A stretch of DNA of 63,604 nt, the filler included, from a bacterium (lineage in GTDB: Bacteria > JALSQH01): the NCBI GenBank assembly GCA_026985515.1. It is 10 parts of 10 records of this genome, joined end to end, with 100 filler letters (N's around TTAATTAATTAA, not from the genome) between each part and the next. Parts side by side here need not be neighbours in the genome. Positions count along the whole stretch, not along the records: positions 39,990 to 48,159 come from JALSQH010000204.1; positions 48,260 to 56,373 come from JALSQH010000205.1; 8 more parts are not named here. One strand, 5' to 3'. The first letter of the stretch is position 1. The number at the start of each line of letters is the position of its first letter. The translations under genes and the position numbers were made by a program. Below are positions 40,304 to 51,297 of this stretch, one piece after another. The notes under the pieces were generated by a model that saw only the letters and a list, made by a program, of their open reading frames with translations, was not told the DNA's origin and did not search any database.

Positions 40304-41437
40304 ATGAGGAGAGAAAAAGTTTTGTACAGGTTGCTGGTTGTCTTGCTCAGTTTTTCATTTCTGGTGTCACATCCAGTATATTCTGATGAAAAATTGAGAG
40401 TGGCTGTTGTTGAATTTGCCACCCGCGGCAACATTTATTTGAAAGATGCTGGTAAAATTGTTGCAGAGTGGCTTCTTACTGATCTTGGAAAAAGTGGTGT
40501 GTATTCTCTGCAGGAAAGATTACTTCTCAGAAAGGTCCTTAGAGAACAGAGACTTGAAATCTCCGGAGCCATTGATGAGAGAACGGCGGTGATGATTGGG
40601 AAACTTTACGGAGTGGATGCCATAATAACGGGAAGCGTGATAAGGGCAGGAGGTGTGATTTCCATTACCGGAAGAATCATAGATACTCAACATGGCACAA
40701 TACTTAAGACAGCCGAGGTGGAGGTGGAATCGGAAGAAGATTTGAGGAGTGCGGTTCGCCTGCTTGCGAAAAAGCTGATTATATCTCATGTTCATGTAAA
40801 GCCCTTTGAACTGAAAGTGACAGATGGATTGAAATTTTTTCTTAAAATGGACAGTAGGAAGGGGGTGGAATTCGACGATGAAATTTCAGGCATCGCATGT
40901 TATGGAAAGGATGTAAGGATTGGAAGAAGCGGCGGGATTCTTTTTAACTGCCACAGCAGTTACCTGGAATGTGAAGATTCTCCATTTTTCACTTCAGGGA
41001 GGTTGAGTGTTGCTGCATGGGTAAAATTAAGAAGGTATCCTGGAAGAAGTATGAGAATTATTTCAAAGGATGGTTCTTATGCCCTTGAAATTGACCGGGA
41101 TGGGTATCCGGTGTTTATTGTATATGGAGTAGACTCAGTTCAGGGGAAAGAAAAATTAAGGAGAAATCGCTGGTATTTTATTGCAGCCACGTATGATGGA
41201 AAAAATATGATCCTGTATGTTAATGGTGTCCCTGTTGACAGATTTAAAATAAACGGCAAGATCAGAAAAAGCGATTCCTCCTTTGTAATAGGTGACTGGA
41301 GTGAGAAAACGGGGGATAAATCTTTCTGTGGAGTTATTGATGATGTCAGAGTTTACAACAGGATTCTTACAAGAAAGGAGATTAACGATATTTATGCAAA
41401 TGGGAGAAGTGCAATACCCATTGAGAAAGGAGAGTGA
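40304..41437 (+). CDS. Exported CsgG/FlgO-like + LamG (ConA-like) domain protein
   Basis: Signal peptide; RVAVVEF..ER..VLREQ..IGKLYGVDAIITGSV; WYFIAATYDG..LYVNG..FCGVIDDVRVYNR. Confidence 0.8.
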   Translation: MRREKVLYRLLVVLLSFSFLVSHPVYSDEKLRVAVVEFATRGNIYLKDAGKIVAEWLLTDLGKSGVYSLQERLLLRKVLREQRLEISGAIDERTAVMIGKLYGVDAIITGSVIRAGGVISITGRIIDTQHGTILKTAEVEVESEEDLRSAVRLLAKKLIISHVHVKPFELKVTDGLKFFLKMDSRKGVEFDDEISGIACYGKDVRIGRSGGILFNCHSSYLECEDSPFFTSGRLSVAAWVKLRRYPGRSMRIISKDGSYALEIDRDGYPVFIVYGVDSVQGKEKLRRNRWYFIAATYDGKNMILYVNGVPVDRFKINGKIRKSDSSFVIGDWSEKTGDKSFCGVIDDVRVYNRILTRKEINDIYANGRSAIPIEKGE

Positions 41438-43629
41438 ATGTGAAGCTCAAGTTGCCGGGTCAAAAAAAGAAAATTAAAACTCCGTGGGGAAGCGTTGTTA
41501 AATTGTATCGGGACAAATATGGAATAGTTCATGTAAGTGGCAGAGATTGGAAAGATGTGGCTTTTGGTCAGGGATGGGTGCATGCCAACGATAGACAGTT
41601 GCAGCTTTTCCTCACCCGAATCCTGATCTGGGGCAGGTCTGCAGAACTTCTTGCTCCTGAGGAAGAATTAATTGAATTTGATAAGCTTATGAGAAAATTA
41701 AACTTCAAGAAGAATCTTTCAAAAGCCCTTGAAGAATTAGATTCAAAAGCAAGGGAAATGGTGGAAAGTTACACAGAAGGTATAAACAGGTACATGGAAA
41801 AATATGGAAGAGTCTGGGAATTTAAACTTTTAGGGTACAGGCCTGAACCATGGAAACCAGAAGATACAATTTTGCTGGCAAAGATCTTTGGTTTTATAGG
41901 ACTTGCCGATAATCAGGGAAACATGGAAAAATTTATCATTCAACTTATTCAAAAAGGTGTGGGTGAAGAGTATCTGAAAGAACTTTTCCCATATATCAAA
42001 GGAAAAATTGATTATGAGCTGATAAAAAAAGTGAAACTGGAGCCAGTCATACCTGAAAATATAAGGTGGAAACTTGGTTTACCAAAATTTACTGCAAGTA
42101 ATAACTGGGTCATTTCTGGTAAAAGGAGTACATCCGGGACCCCTGTTCTATGTAACGATCCACATCTGGAGGTTAACAGACTTCCAGCTATCTGGGAAGA
42201 AATGGTCCTCAGGACAGAAGATAACTATGCCGCAGGGGTTACGCTTCCGGGGGCACCTGGCATCATACTTGGAAGGACTAAATATGTGGCGTGGGGAGCC
42301 ACTTTTACATTTGTGGATATGATCGATTATCACATTGAGCACTGCAGAGATGGAAAATACAGAAGGGGAAACAGGTGGATACCCTTCAGGGTCAGGGAAG
42401 AGGTAATCAGAGTGAAAAAGCGGGAAGAACTGGTAGTAAAGTTTTACGAAAATGAAAATGGAGTTCTTGAGGGGGATCCTGAAAAAGAAGGCTACTATTT
42501 AACCTACCATTTTGCAGGTGCTGATGAAAGTGGGGCAGGGGAGATAAACAGTATTCTGGGTGTCATGCTTTCCCGAAATGTTAAAGAAGCCATGGAAGCT
42601 TTCAGAAAAATGAGGATTTCAACGTTTAACTTTGTTATAGCCGATAGGGAGGGAAATATTGGTTATCAGATGACAGGTAAAACCTTTAAAAGGCCCCCTC
42701 ATATTGATGGTCTTGTCCCAGCTCCTGCATGGTTGAAAAAGAACCAGTACGAAGGCTACATCACTGCTGAGGATTTTCCCTCTCTATACAACCCTGAAGA
42801 TGGAATAATTGTAACGGCAAATCAGGATCTAAATTATCTTTCCGATTCAGTCCAGCCTATTAATCTGGCAATGTCCCCCTACAGAAGTGATAGAATCAAA
42901 ACATTGCTTCTCTCGAAAGAGAAGCTCAGCGTCGAAGATATGAAAAAGATTCAGTATGACCTTTATTCAATTCAGGCTGAAAAAATAATGGAAGTTATTA
43001 AGCCACACCTTCCTGACAGTGTAAAGGGTGAGATTCTCAAAACCTGGGATTATACCTACAATCCTGCATCAGTGGCTCCAACCCTTTTTGAGGGGATATA
43101 TCTTGAACTTCTCAGAAAAATATTTGGTGCAAACGGTTTCGGTGAAGAAGTTGTTGATTATATGTTAAATGAGACTGCTCTTTTTGCAGATTATCACTGG
43201 TATTTTGACAGAATTATTCTCAATGAGAATTCCATCTGGTTCAGGAATAAAAGTCGGGATGAGATTGTTGGTGAGGCGGTAACTGATGCACTAAAGAAAA
43301 CCCCGGCCATTCCTTATGGTGAGACCAGAGAGATTTTCTTCAGACATCTTCTCTTTGGCGGAAGATTACCACCTTTTCTTGGTTTTGATTATGGTCCTGT
43401 TCAGCTTCCGGGAGGAAGAGCCACAGTTACACAGGGTCAGATATTCAAAAGCGGGGGGAGAGTTACCACATTCAGTCCATCATGGAGATTTATTACTGAT
43501 ATGGGGAAAGATGAGATTTATACCAACCTTCCAGGAGGTACAACAGATAGAAGGTTCAGCCTCTGGTACACAAATGACATTAAAAACTGGTTGACAGGGA
43601 TTTACAAGGTTCTGAAATTAGGTGACTAA
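41434..43629 (+). CDS. Penicillin acylase family (Ntn hydrolase, S45)
   Basis: RDKYGIVHV, GWVHANDR, ASNNW nucleophile site, NDPHL, TANQ. Confidence 0.92.
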   Translation: MNVKLKLPGQKKKIKTPWGSVVKLYRDKYGIVHVSGRDWKDVAFGQGWVHANDRQLQLFLTRILIWGRSAELLAPEEELIEFDKLMRKLNFKKNLSKALEELDSKAREMVESYTEGINRYMEKYGRVWEFKLLGYRPEPWKPEDTILLAKIFGFIGLADNQGNMEKFIIQLIQKGVGEEYLKELFPYIKGKIDYELIKKVKLEPVIPENIRWKLGLPKFTASNNWVISGKRSTSGTPVLCNDPHLEVNRLPAIWEEMVLRTEDNYAAGVTLPGAPGIILGRTKYVAWGATFTFVDMIDYHIEHCRDGKYRRGNRWIPFRVREEVIRVKKREELVVKFYENENGVLEGDPEKEGYYLTYHFAGADESGAGEINSILGVMLSRNVKEAMEAFRKMRISTFNFVIADREGNIGYQMTGKTFKRPPHIDGLVPAPAWLKKNQYEGYITAEDFPSLYNPEDGIIVTANQDLNYLSDSVQPINLAMSPYRSDRIKTLLLSKEKLSVEDMKKIQYDLYSIQAEKIMEVIKPHLPDSVKGEILKTWDYTYNPASVAPTLFEGIYLELLRKIFGANGFGEEVVDYMLNETALFADYHWYFDRIILNENSIWFRNKSRDEIVGEAVTDALKKTPAIPYGETREIFFRHLLFGGRLPPFLGFDYGPVQLPGGRATVTQGQIFKSGGRVTTFSPSWRFITDMGKDEIYTNLPGGTTDRRFSLWYTNDIKNWLTGIYKVLKLGD

Positions 43630-43795
43630 ACACCGGAATCTCAATTAAGAGATTTTGGGTTACTAAAATTTAGTATTTTAAAAGAGATTGCCCGGTATTC
43701 TGCTGTCTCCCAGAGAGTGACGGCAAGTGAGGGGTTGATGTACAGGGAAAAAATACATATGGTGGATTAACCAGATTTCTATTTGAGGATTTCGG

Positions 43796-44014
43796 CTAAA
43801 TATTTCCCCATATTCTCCTGGCCAGAAATGGTAAAATGGTGAGTATAAGTCCCACAATTGAAGTCGTAAGTGGACTTTTAATGAAATATGGATAAATTGT
43901 GAGGACGAGTCCATCTACCAGGAAAAATAATCGATTTCTTTTTTTCCCATATATCATGTATCCGGCACCAATGGAACTGAAAAGAATGTTCAGCAGAAGT
44001 TCACTTCCATTCAT
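43796..44014 (-). CDS. Small membrane protein
   Basis: MNGSELLLNILFSSIGAGYMIYGKK..YPYF, 3 TMs. Confidence 0.7.
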   Translation of the reverse strand: MNGSELLLNILFSSIGAGYMIYGKKRNRLFFLVDGLVLTIYPYFIKSPLTTSIVGLILTILPFLARRIWGNI

Positions 44015-44103
44015 TGTTAAAATTTGACAGTGAGCAAAGAGATTGGTTCTTTTGAAAACAAAAGATTCTTCTGTTATCATAGAAAATCCAGCAGGAGAAA
44101 GGG

Positions 44104-45291
44104 ATGAAAAAGATACCTTTACTTGATCTTTCCTATCAGCATGAACCACTTAAAAAGCAAATTCTTGAAACCATAACTAAAGTTATAGATAGTGGCCATT
44201 TCATTCTTGGAGAAGAAGTGAGAGAATTTGAAGAAACAATTGCCAGTTATGTCAACGTGAGGCACGCCATTGGAGTTGCATCAGGATCAGATGCTCTCTT
44301 TCTCTCTCTTCTTGCCCTTGATATTGGTCCAGGAGAGGGAGTTATCGTGCCTTCATACACTTTTTTCGCAACTGCTGGTGCCGTTGCAAGGGCTGGTGCC
44401 ACACCTGTTTTTGCCGACATTGACTATGAATCCTACAACATTGATCCATCTTTTCTTGAAAAATTCATTGAAGAAAACTGTGAGGTTACCTACAAGGGTC
44501 TTTATGACAGGAAACATAAGGTCATTATCAGAGCGATTATTCCCGTGCATCTTTTTGGGCAAACTGCTGAGATGGAACCACTGGTGCATCTTGCAAAGAG
44601 GTACAACCTGAAGATAATTGAGGATGCAGCGCAGTCTCTTGGAGCTGAATATCAGGGCGAGAAGGTAGGCTCAATAGGAACGGCGGGGATTTTCTCTTTT
44701 TTTCCGACGAAGAATTTAGGAGGCATGGGGGATGGGGGAATGATCGTTACGGATGATGATGACCTCGCTGAGAAAATAAGGATACTCCGGGTTCATGGAA
44801 GTAAACCAAAATATTTCCATAAACTTACAGGTATAAACAGCAGACTTGATGCCATTCATGCAGCCATACTCAAAGTTAAATTCAGTCATATGGAAGAGTG
44901 GATTGAGGCGAGGAGAAAAAATGCACATTACTATAAGAAACTCTTTGTTGAGTCTGGCCTCGGTTGCGAAGGAAAAAGTGAAAAATGCAGGGTCAAGCTC
45001 CCAATGGAGTGTCCATATTCAAGACACACATACAATCAGTTTGTTGTGAGGGTTGAAAGAAGAGATGAATTGAAAAAATTTCTTGAGGAGAACGGGGTTT
45101 CAACTGCTATTTACTATCCTCTGCCTCTGCATCTCCAGGAGGCTTTTTCTCACCTTGGTTACAGAGAAGGTGACCTTCTGGAGAGTGAAAGAGCCTCAAA
45201 GGAGACACTAACTTTGCCAGTTTATCCCGGTCTCACAGAAAGTGATATTGAATATATCGTGGACCTCTTCATTAAATTTTATCAGCAGTAG
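44104..45291 (+). CDS. DegT/DnrJ/EryC1/StrS aminotransferase
   Basis: ASGSDAL, VHLFGQ, EDAAQ, SFFPTKNLG. Confidence 0.95.
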   Translation: MKKIPLLDLSYQHEPLKKQILETITKVIDSGHFILGEEVREFEETIASYVNVRHAIGVASGSDALFLSLLALDIGPGEGVIVPSYTFFATAGAVARAGATPVFADIDYESYNIDPSFLEKFIEENCEVTYKGLYDRKHKVIIRAIIPVHLFGQTAEMEPLVHLAKRYNLKIIEDAAQSLGAEYQGEKVGSIGTAGIFSFFPTKNLGGMGDGGMIVTDDDDLAEKIRILRVHGSKPKYFHKLTGINSRLDAIHAAILKVKFSHMEEWIEARRKNAHYYKKLFVESGLGCEGKSEKCRVKLPMECPYSRHTYNQFVVRVERRDELKKFLEENGVSTAIYYPLPLHLQEAFSHLGYREGDLLESERASKETLTLPVYPGLTESDIEYIVDLFIKFYQQ

Positions 45292-45296
45292 GGTAA

Positions 45297-46448
45297 ATGT
45301 CTCCAAAATCTGCGTTGAAAAAGATCTCTATTTTTTATTTCTTTTATTTTGGAAGTCTGGGAATTTATCTTCCTTTTCTGCCCATTTTCCTGAAGGCAAA
45401 GGGTTTCTCAGGGGTAGAAATAGCCTTTCTCATTTCACTCCTTCCAATTTTTAAGTTGATTTCTCCTCCTTTCTGGGGATATATGTCCGATGTGCTTTTT
45501 TCTCCAAAGAAAGTTCTCATAGCCACGACTTTTCTATCAGGTGTGTCATTTCTGATGTTCTACTTCCTTCCTGGGGGAATTTATACCTATCTCCTGCTTT
45601 CCCTTTACGCCCTCTTCAGAGCCCCTCTTATACCTTTAATGAATTCACTTACATTCAGGTTTCTTGGAGAAAAAATAGAAAACTTTACCCTGGTGAGAGT
45701 ATGGGGTTCCGTGGGATTTATTGTTTTTGCCACGAGTGTAGGAAAATTGCTTGCAAAGGCATCCATTGTGGAATATTTTCCTCTCCTGATGGCTCTTATC
45801 CTGTTTGCCAATATGGTTGTTTCTTTTCTCTTTCCAGATCTTGAACCTCCGGCAAAGGGAAAGTCAAAGGAAAAGTTACTGCGACTTCTTACCAACAGAA
45901 ATTTCATTTACTTTATCCTTGTATCCATGATCAGCAGAATTGCCGATGGACCATATTACAGCTTCTTTTCCCTCCATCTTAAATCTCTTGGCTTTCATGA
46001 AACATTTATTGGTGTTGCATGGTCCGTTGGAGTGATTGCTGAAATTGTGATTTTTTTACTTGCACCACGATTTTTGAAAAGATTCTCCCTCAAATTTATT
46101 CTTTTTATCGCTTATTTCGCAGGTGTTATTAGATGGAGTCTTGTTGCCGCCTTTTCTCAACCCCTCATCCTCCTTTTTTCACAGTTGTTTCACGGTCTGA
46201 CTTTCGGTGCATTTTACGCTGCTTCTGTAAGCTATGTGGAGAAGAGCAATCCACCTGAATTTCGTGCAACGGCTCAGTCTATTTTCGCATCCTTTGCCTT
46301 TAATCTGGGAGTTCTTTTGGGATACTTTTATTCAGGTCCTGTTGAGGAAAGATTTGGTTCATCGGTGCTGTTTTTCACAGCAGCTGCTATTTCACTTATT
46401 GCAAGTTTCCTGATCCTTTTTGTGAAGAATCCCGAGAGGGTGAAGTAA
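45297..46448 (+). CDS. MFS transporter (HcaT/MFS_1-like)
   Basis: About 12 TMs; PFWGYMSD, RVWGSVGF, QLFHGLTFG. Confidence 0.9.
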   Translation: MSPKSALKKISIFYFFYFGSLGIYLPFLPIFLKAKGFSGVEIAFLISLLPIFKLISPPFWGYMSDVLFSPKKVLIATTFLSGVSFLMFYFLPGGIYTYLLLSLYALFRAPLIPLMNSLTFRFLGEKIENFTLVRVWGSVGFIVFATSVGKLLAKASIVEYFPLLMALILFANMVVSFLFPDLEPPAKGKSKEKLLRLLTNRNFIYFILVSMISRIADGPYYSFFSLHLKSLGFHETFIGVAWSVGVIAEIVIFLLAPRFLKRFSLKFILFIAYFAGVIRWSLVAAFSQPLILLFSQLFHGLTFGAFYAASVSYVEKSNPPEFRATAQSIFASFAFNLGVLLGYFYSGPVEERFGSSVLFFTAAAISLIASFLILFVKNPERVK

Positions 46449-46561
46449 AGTGTGACCTGACTCACAGAAAGGTACTCTCAAGTTTTGTTTGCAAAAATTT
46501 TACTTTGCTATAATCCCTTCCTTTTCTTTCCCATTTTTCTTCCCTCTGCTATAATATACCC

Positions 46562-48159
46562 ATGAAGAAGATCCCCTATGGCATTGCCAATTATGATTTG
46601 CTGAAAAGGGATAATTACTACTTTGTGGATAAGACCCATTTTATTCCAGAACTGGAGGAACTTGGCAGTCGTTATCTCTTCTTTCTCCGTCCCCGCAGAT
46701 TTGGCAAGTCCCTCTTTCTCTCCATTTTAGAGCACTACTACGACATCAGAATGAAGGAGCACTTTGAGGAGTTGTTTGGGGATACCTACATAGGGAGGAA
46801 TCCCACTCCTCTGAGGAACAGTTTTGCCATACTTCATTTTGACTTTTCTGGCATACCCACATCGGGATCAATTCCTGAAGTTGAAGAATCCTTTAATTTG
46901 ACGATAAAGAGGCACATAAGATCCTTTTTCTCAGATTATGAGGATATGTTTCCAGCTTTGAAGGAGGTGAAGGAGAGGGTACTTTCTCTTCACAAAGCAG
47001 GTGACATAATGGGGGAGTTTATTCAGGCATTGAGGGATGTAAGGGTGAGTTATTATCTTTTCATAGATGAGTATGACAATTTTGCCAATAACATTCTGAT
47101 GCAGCATGGGAGGTTGAACTACAGGGATGTAACTCATGCAGGAGGCTTTTTGAGGAGTTTCTTTGCGGTAATAAAGAATGGGACGGAGAACAGGGTCATA
47201 GAGAGGATGTTTGTGACAGGTGTGAGTCCCCTTGTATTGAGTGATGTGACGAGCGGGATGAATATAGGAAGGAATATTTCCTTTTTACCCGATTTTTCCT
47301 CCATGGTTGGTTTGCTTGAGGAGGAGGTGGAGGAGCTGGTAGATTACTACATCAGGGAAGGAGCGGTGAAGGAGGGAGACAGGGAGAAGTTACTTGATGT
47401 GATAAGGGAGTATGCCGACAGTTATCGGTTTCATCAGTTGAAGGATGAGAGGCTGTACAACACAGATATGGTGATGTACATAGTTGACAGTTACATTGCC
47501 TATGGGGGGATTCCGCCAAATCCCGTAGATCACAATATCCGTACAGATTATGAGAAGTTAAGGTTTCTTGTGATAGAGAACAACCGTTTAAATGGCAATT
47601 TCAACATTCTTCAGGAAATAGTTGATACAGGAGAGACGAAGGGTTCTCTCATTGACTCCTTTTCCATAGAGGAGTTGATAGATTCAGTTAAATTTATCTC
47701 CCTTCTCTACTATCTTGGTCTGCTCACAATAAAGAAGGTGTTTTATTCAGACAGGTATGAGTTTATGATACCCAATTTAACAGTTAAAGAACTACTCTGG
47801 GAGTATATCCGCAAAGCGGTTACAGAGAGCTATCCCTTAAGAATAGATGTGAAAAAATTAGAGGAGATGTTTGATCTCCTCGCCTTTGAGGGAGAGTGGA
47901 GGCCCCTTTTTGAATATCTTTTAAGTGAGTTTTACAGGATAGTATCCAGTCGTGATTTTATCTGGAAGGAGGAGGGGGTGAAGATGTTTTTGATGACATA
48001 TCTGTCTGTTTCGCCTCTTTACATAGTGGAATCTGAGTATGATACTGGTGGTGGGTATTCAGACATTTACCTTCGCAAGAACTGGGCTATAACGGATTTG
48101 ACGGAGTATGAGTATTTGATAGAGATAAAGCATGTGAGGAGTGGTAAGAGGGGGATAGG
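46562..48159 (+). CDS. AAA-ATPase-like protein with C-terminal PD-(D/E)XK nuclease (DUF1703-type), 3'-partial
   Basis: KKIPYGI..YFVDKT, RPRRFGKSL, IDEYDN, FVTGVSP; C-terminal SEYDTGGGYSDI..IEIK. Confidence 0.9.
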
Positions 48160-48259
48160 NNNNNNNNNNNNNNNNNNNNNNNNNNNNNNNNNNNNNNNNN
48201 NNNTTAATTAATTAANNNNNNNNNNNNNNNNNNNNNNNNNNNNNNNNNNNNNNNNNNNN
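48160..48259. other. Artificial contig linker
   Basis: N44-TTAATTAATTAA-N44. Confidence 0.98.
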
Positions 48260-49020
48260 CCTATTGTGTGTCCAAAGTTAAGAATTTTCCTCAGTCCCGA
48301 TTCTCTCTCGTCTTTCACAACTATTTCTACCTTGTTGAGACAGCTTCTGTAAATCATGAATTCCAGGGCGTCAGGGTTTCTTCTTTCAATTTCATCTCTG
48401 TTTTCATTTATCCATCTGTAAAAATCTGCATCTCTTATCAGCCCATATTTAATAACTTCGGCGAGTCCGGAAAAGTACTCCTCATCTTCAAGGGTGGAGA
48501 GGGTCCTTATATCTGCAATGACCCCTGAGGGTTGATAAAAGGTGCCAATCAGATTTTTTCCATAAACTGTGTCCACCCCTGTTTTTCCCCCTACTGAACT
48601 GTCTGTCATTGCGATGATTGTGGTGGGTAGTTGATAAAAGGGTATCCCTCTGTAATAGGTTGAAGCAATAAATCCCGCGAGATCACCAACGACTCCTCCT
48701 CCGAGAGCCAGGATAATTGAATCTCTGGCAAATCCTGCTATTAGCATTTCATCTTCAATCTGCTCCTTTGTTTTCCTTGTCTTGCTTTTTTCCCCTTCTG
48801 GAAATGAAAAAAGCATGGATCTTGGGTTAAATTTTCTTATGTGATTTAGAAGATTTTCTCCATATAGCCTGTGTACCCTTGAATCTGTGATTATTGCGAT
48901 TCTGATTCCCTCCTTTAATGGAGGTATGTAATCCTCTATTTTGTCAAGCAGATTTTCACCTATAAAAATCGAGTAACTGAAGAATTCTTTTCTTGGTATC
49001 TTCACATCAATGTTTTTCAT
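48260..49020 (-). CDS. aroB: 3-dehydroquinate synthase, 3'-partial
   Basis: GEKSK, LGGGVVGDLAGF, DSSVGGKTG, KNLIG, LNFGHT. Confidence 0.95.
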
Positions 49021-49021
49021 C

Positions 49022-49927
49022 TTAAAAACCCTTTATAATTCCTTTGCTTTTGAGTTTTCTTATGAAATTCTGCCAGGAAAGTTTCAGCCCCGGTATATAT
49101 GTTTGAAACCTGTGGTTGAAATATGCATGTGTAAAAATTATCCAGAGAGGCTCTTCTGGTGAAGAAAATTTGTACTTTAATTGTTTCCCCTCTTTTTGAC
49201 ACCTGAATCCGGGAATACACCAGGTTGAATAATTATCTTTCAGTTCTATCAGGATTTCTCCTTCCTCAACAACATCTGGCACCTTTGCCTCTTTTGTGAA
49301 GGCTTCTCCTATTTTTTCTCTGTAATCATTCCAGATTTTCATTACGTATCTTCTCAGTGAAACGTTTCCCTCCCTCCACTTCTCAGGATCTTTTGAAATT
49401 GCAAGGGTGGTTACCCATGGGTATTTTTTCTTCGCCTTTTCAGTTACTTCTTCTGTTCCACTTACGAAGAAAAGCGGAACTTTTTTTATGCCGAGCATCT
49501 GGGAGAAAAATTCCAGTTCCCCCCAGTTTTCGTTATTTACCAGTATTTTTTTGAATTTTGGCTTGAAAATGTATGCTGCAAACCCCTTTTCCCCTGGTCC
49601 TGTGTGGAAGCCGATAAAAAGGGCACCGTCAACGGGGGGAAACTTTTTGAAAAAGGGAAGTTCGCCACTGTTTATCCCTGAAAGTATGACCAGATTTTTG
49701 CCAGATGGAGGTTTGGGGAAATTGTATCCTTCTTCGTGAACATCTACAAGAAAAATCAGAGGTGATTCAAGAGCTATCTCAAGTCCATCTATGACAGCAT
49801 TGACGTCGTCAAGATAATCATATCTTGCTTCTTTCCACGAATTTGTACCCTGAAAAGTCTGGAGTCTTCTCCAGATGTTGCTGCATCCATCCATATCTGC
49901 AATGAGGAGGATTTTATTCCGATTCAT
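49022..49927 (-). CDS. Peptidase M55 (DppA D-aminopeptidase)-like protein, divergent
   Basis: IADMDG, DVNAVIDG, DVH, FIGFH, WGE, FVSG. Confidence 0.7.
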   Translation of the reverse strand: MNRNKILLIADMDGCSNIWRRLQTFQGTNSWKEARYDYLDDVNAVIDGLEIALESPLIFLVDVHEEGYNFPKPPSGKNLVILSGINSGELPFFKKFPPVDGALFIGFHTGPGEKGFAAYIFKPKFKKILVNNENWGELEFFSQMLGIKKVPLFFVSGTEEVTEKAKKKYPWVTTLAISKDPEKWREGNVSLRRYVMKIWNDYREKIGEAFTKEAKVPDVVEEGEILIELKDNYSTWCIPGFRCQKEGKQLKYKFSSPEEPLWIIFTHAYFNHRFQTYIPGLKLSWQNFIRKLKSKGIIKGF

Positions 49928-50841
49928 ACTTCCTCATAAATATTTTTGCTTCTCCTTATCCTTTCAAATTTTTCCCAGTCTATCCTGAACCTGTGAGATT
50001 CAAAGGCTTTTCTCTTTTCCTCCTGATACCATTTTGATTTGAAGTAGCGAATTGTTTTCTCTGAAATGGGAAGGATCTGCTCCTCTCTGAACCAGGGAAA
50101 GATCTGATTTGAATTTTCTTCAATTAAGCAGTTGTAGAAAATGGCGTAGGAGATGTCTGAAAGATTGTGTTCAGGGTCTCTTTCCAGATCCCTGACCATT
50201 GCCTGAAAGATACCTTCTTTTTCAGGGTTGTAGAACCTGAATTCTGTGGAGTAAAGCCTTGCATTGTGAAAAAATTCAGGAAAATCCATCAATCCATCTT
50301 TTTCAAGATTTTTTGCCATACCAATCAGGAGATCAAGAACTTCCCTGCCCACTCCCAGCCCGGGAAATCTCTGTCCCGGTAACTTGGGCCTTGCTTCTGA
50401 AAATTTTTCTCTGGGATTCTGCATGCATAACCATTCGATAATTATCACATCATATTCACAGGTTGAGAATTCATCCGGAAGGTGCAGTTCCTTTTTGGGT
50501 CTTATTATTCCTTCACGTGCTATGAAGTGGGCCAGAAGATTTTCAGGAGATTCTTCTGTGTCGTAAATGAGAACTTCCTGATGAAAGGGGTCATCAATGT
50601 TTAGTTTAATCACAAGATTCGTGAAGCCTTTCTCTTCAAGTTTTGCTTTTATTCCATATCTTTCAAGGGCATTGAGAATATCAGTTTCTGAGTAGAGACC
50701 CAGGAAAAGGGCCTGCCTTTTTTCCATAATGTCGTCTGAGGCAAGCCCCTCCAGATTCAGAAGCGAATTTCTGGAATCATAAATTTCGAAACTTTTGAGC
50801 CCCTTTTTTATAAGTTCTAATTTGTCCTGAAAATCTGGCAT
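49924..50841 (-). CDS. Hypothetical protein resembling the C-terminal extension of some bacterial deacetylase-family proteins
   Basis: IEWLCMQNPR..RPKLPGQRFPGLG..PEFFHNA motif recognised from memory. Confidence 0.55.
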   Translation of the reverse strand: MPDFQDKLELIKKGLKSFEIYDSRNSLLNLEGLASDDIMEKRQALFLGLYSETDILNALERYGIKAKLEEKGFTNLVIKLNIDDPFHQEVLIYDTEESPENLLAHFIAREGIIRPKKELHLPDEFSTCEYDVIIIEWLCMQNPREKFSEARPKLPGQRFPGLGVGREVLDLLIGMAKNLEKDGLMDFPEFFHNARLYSTEFRFYNPEKEGIFQAMVRDLERDPEHNLSDISYAIFYNCLIEENSNQIFPWFREEQILPISEKTIRYFKSKWYQEEKRKAFESHRFRIDWEKFERIRRSKNIYEEV

Positions 50842-51063
50842 TTATTCAGATTCAGCCTCCACCTTTTTAGGCTGAGTTTTTTCAAAAAGTATTTTATATT
50901 TTCTCAATTTCCTCTGGGCTCTTCTCAATTTCTTTTTTAATAGTCTGAATTCAGGCTTGTTTTTAATATCAGGGTCTTTGCTCAGAGCTTCATTGATCTT
51001 GTTTTTAAAATATTCAACCTGTCTCTGAGCTTTTTCCATCCTTTTTTCCAGTTTACTGCTCAT
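50842..51063 (-). CDS. Small basic helical protein
   Basis: K/R-rich 73 aa, SD GGAGG, coupled to neighbours. Confidence 0.7.
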   Translation of the reverse strand: MSSKLEKRMEKAQRQVEYFKNKINEALSKDPDIKNKPEFRLLKKKLRRAQRKLRKYKILFEKTQPKKVEAESE

Positions 51064-51277
51064 CTATTCCACCTCCCGTTTCATCAATCATCCTGGTTAT
51101 CTCCTCAAGCACCTCTCTTAATATTTTCAGTCCTCCTATAGGCATCAGCACGTTGTGTTTTCTCCCCCCACTTTTCTCACTGATTTTGATATACTTACCA
51201 TTTTTATTGGCTTTGACATCGACATAGAAGATCTTTTGCTCCACCTGAAACTGCCTGCTGAAGAGCTCTTCATCCAC
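51053..51277 (-). CDS. PUR-domain (PurA/DUF3276-like) ssDNA/RNA-binding protein
   Basis: ELFSR..KIFYVDVKANKNGKYIKISE; SD AAGGAGG. Confidence 0.8.
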   Translation of the reverse strand: MDEELFSRQFQVEQKIFYVDVKANKNGKYIKISEKSGGRKHNVLMPIGGLKILREVLEEITRMIDETGGGIDEQ

Positions 51278-51297
51278 TTTACACCTCCTTCTTTACG

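Noticed and set aside
43633-43730. Cluster of small inverted repeats (AATCTC/GAGATT, TACTAAA-A-TTTAGTA, TGCTGTC/GACGGCA)
   Set aside because: It lies between convergent genes, is single-copy and is adequately explained as terminator-type hairpins.
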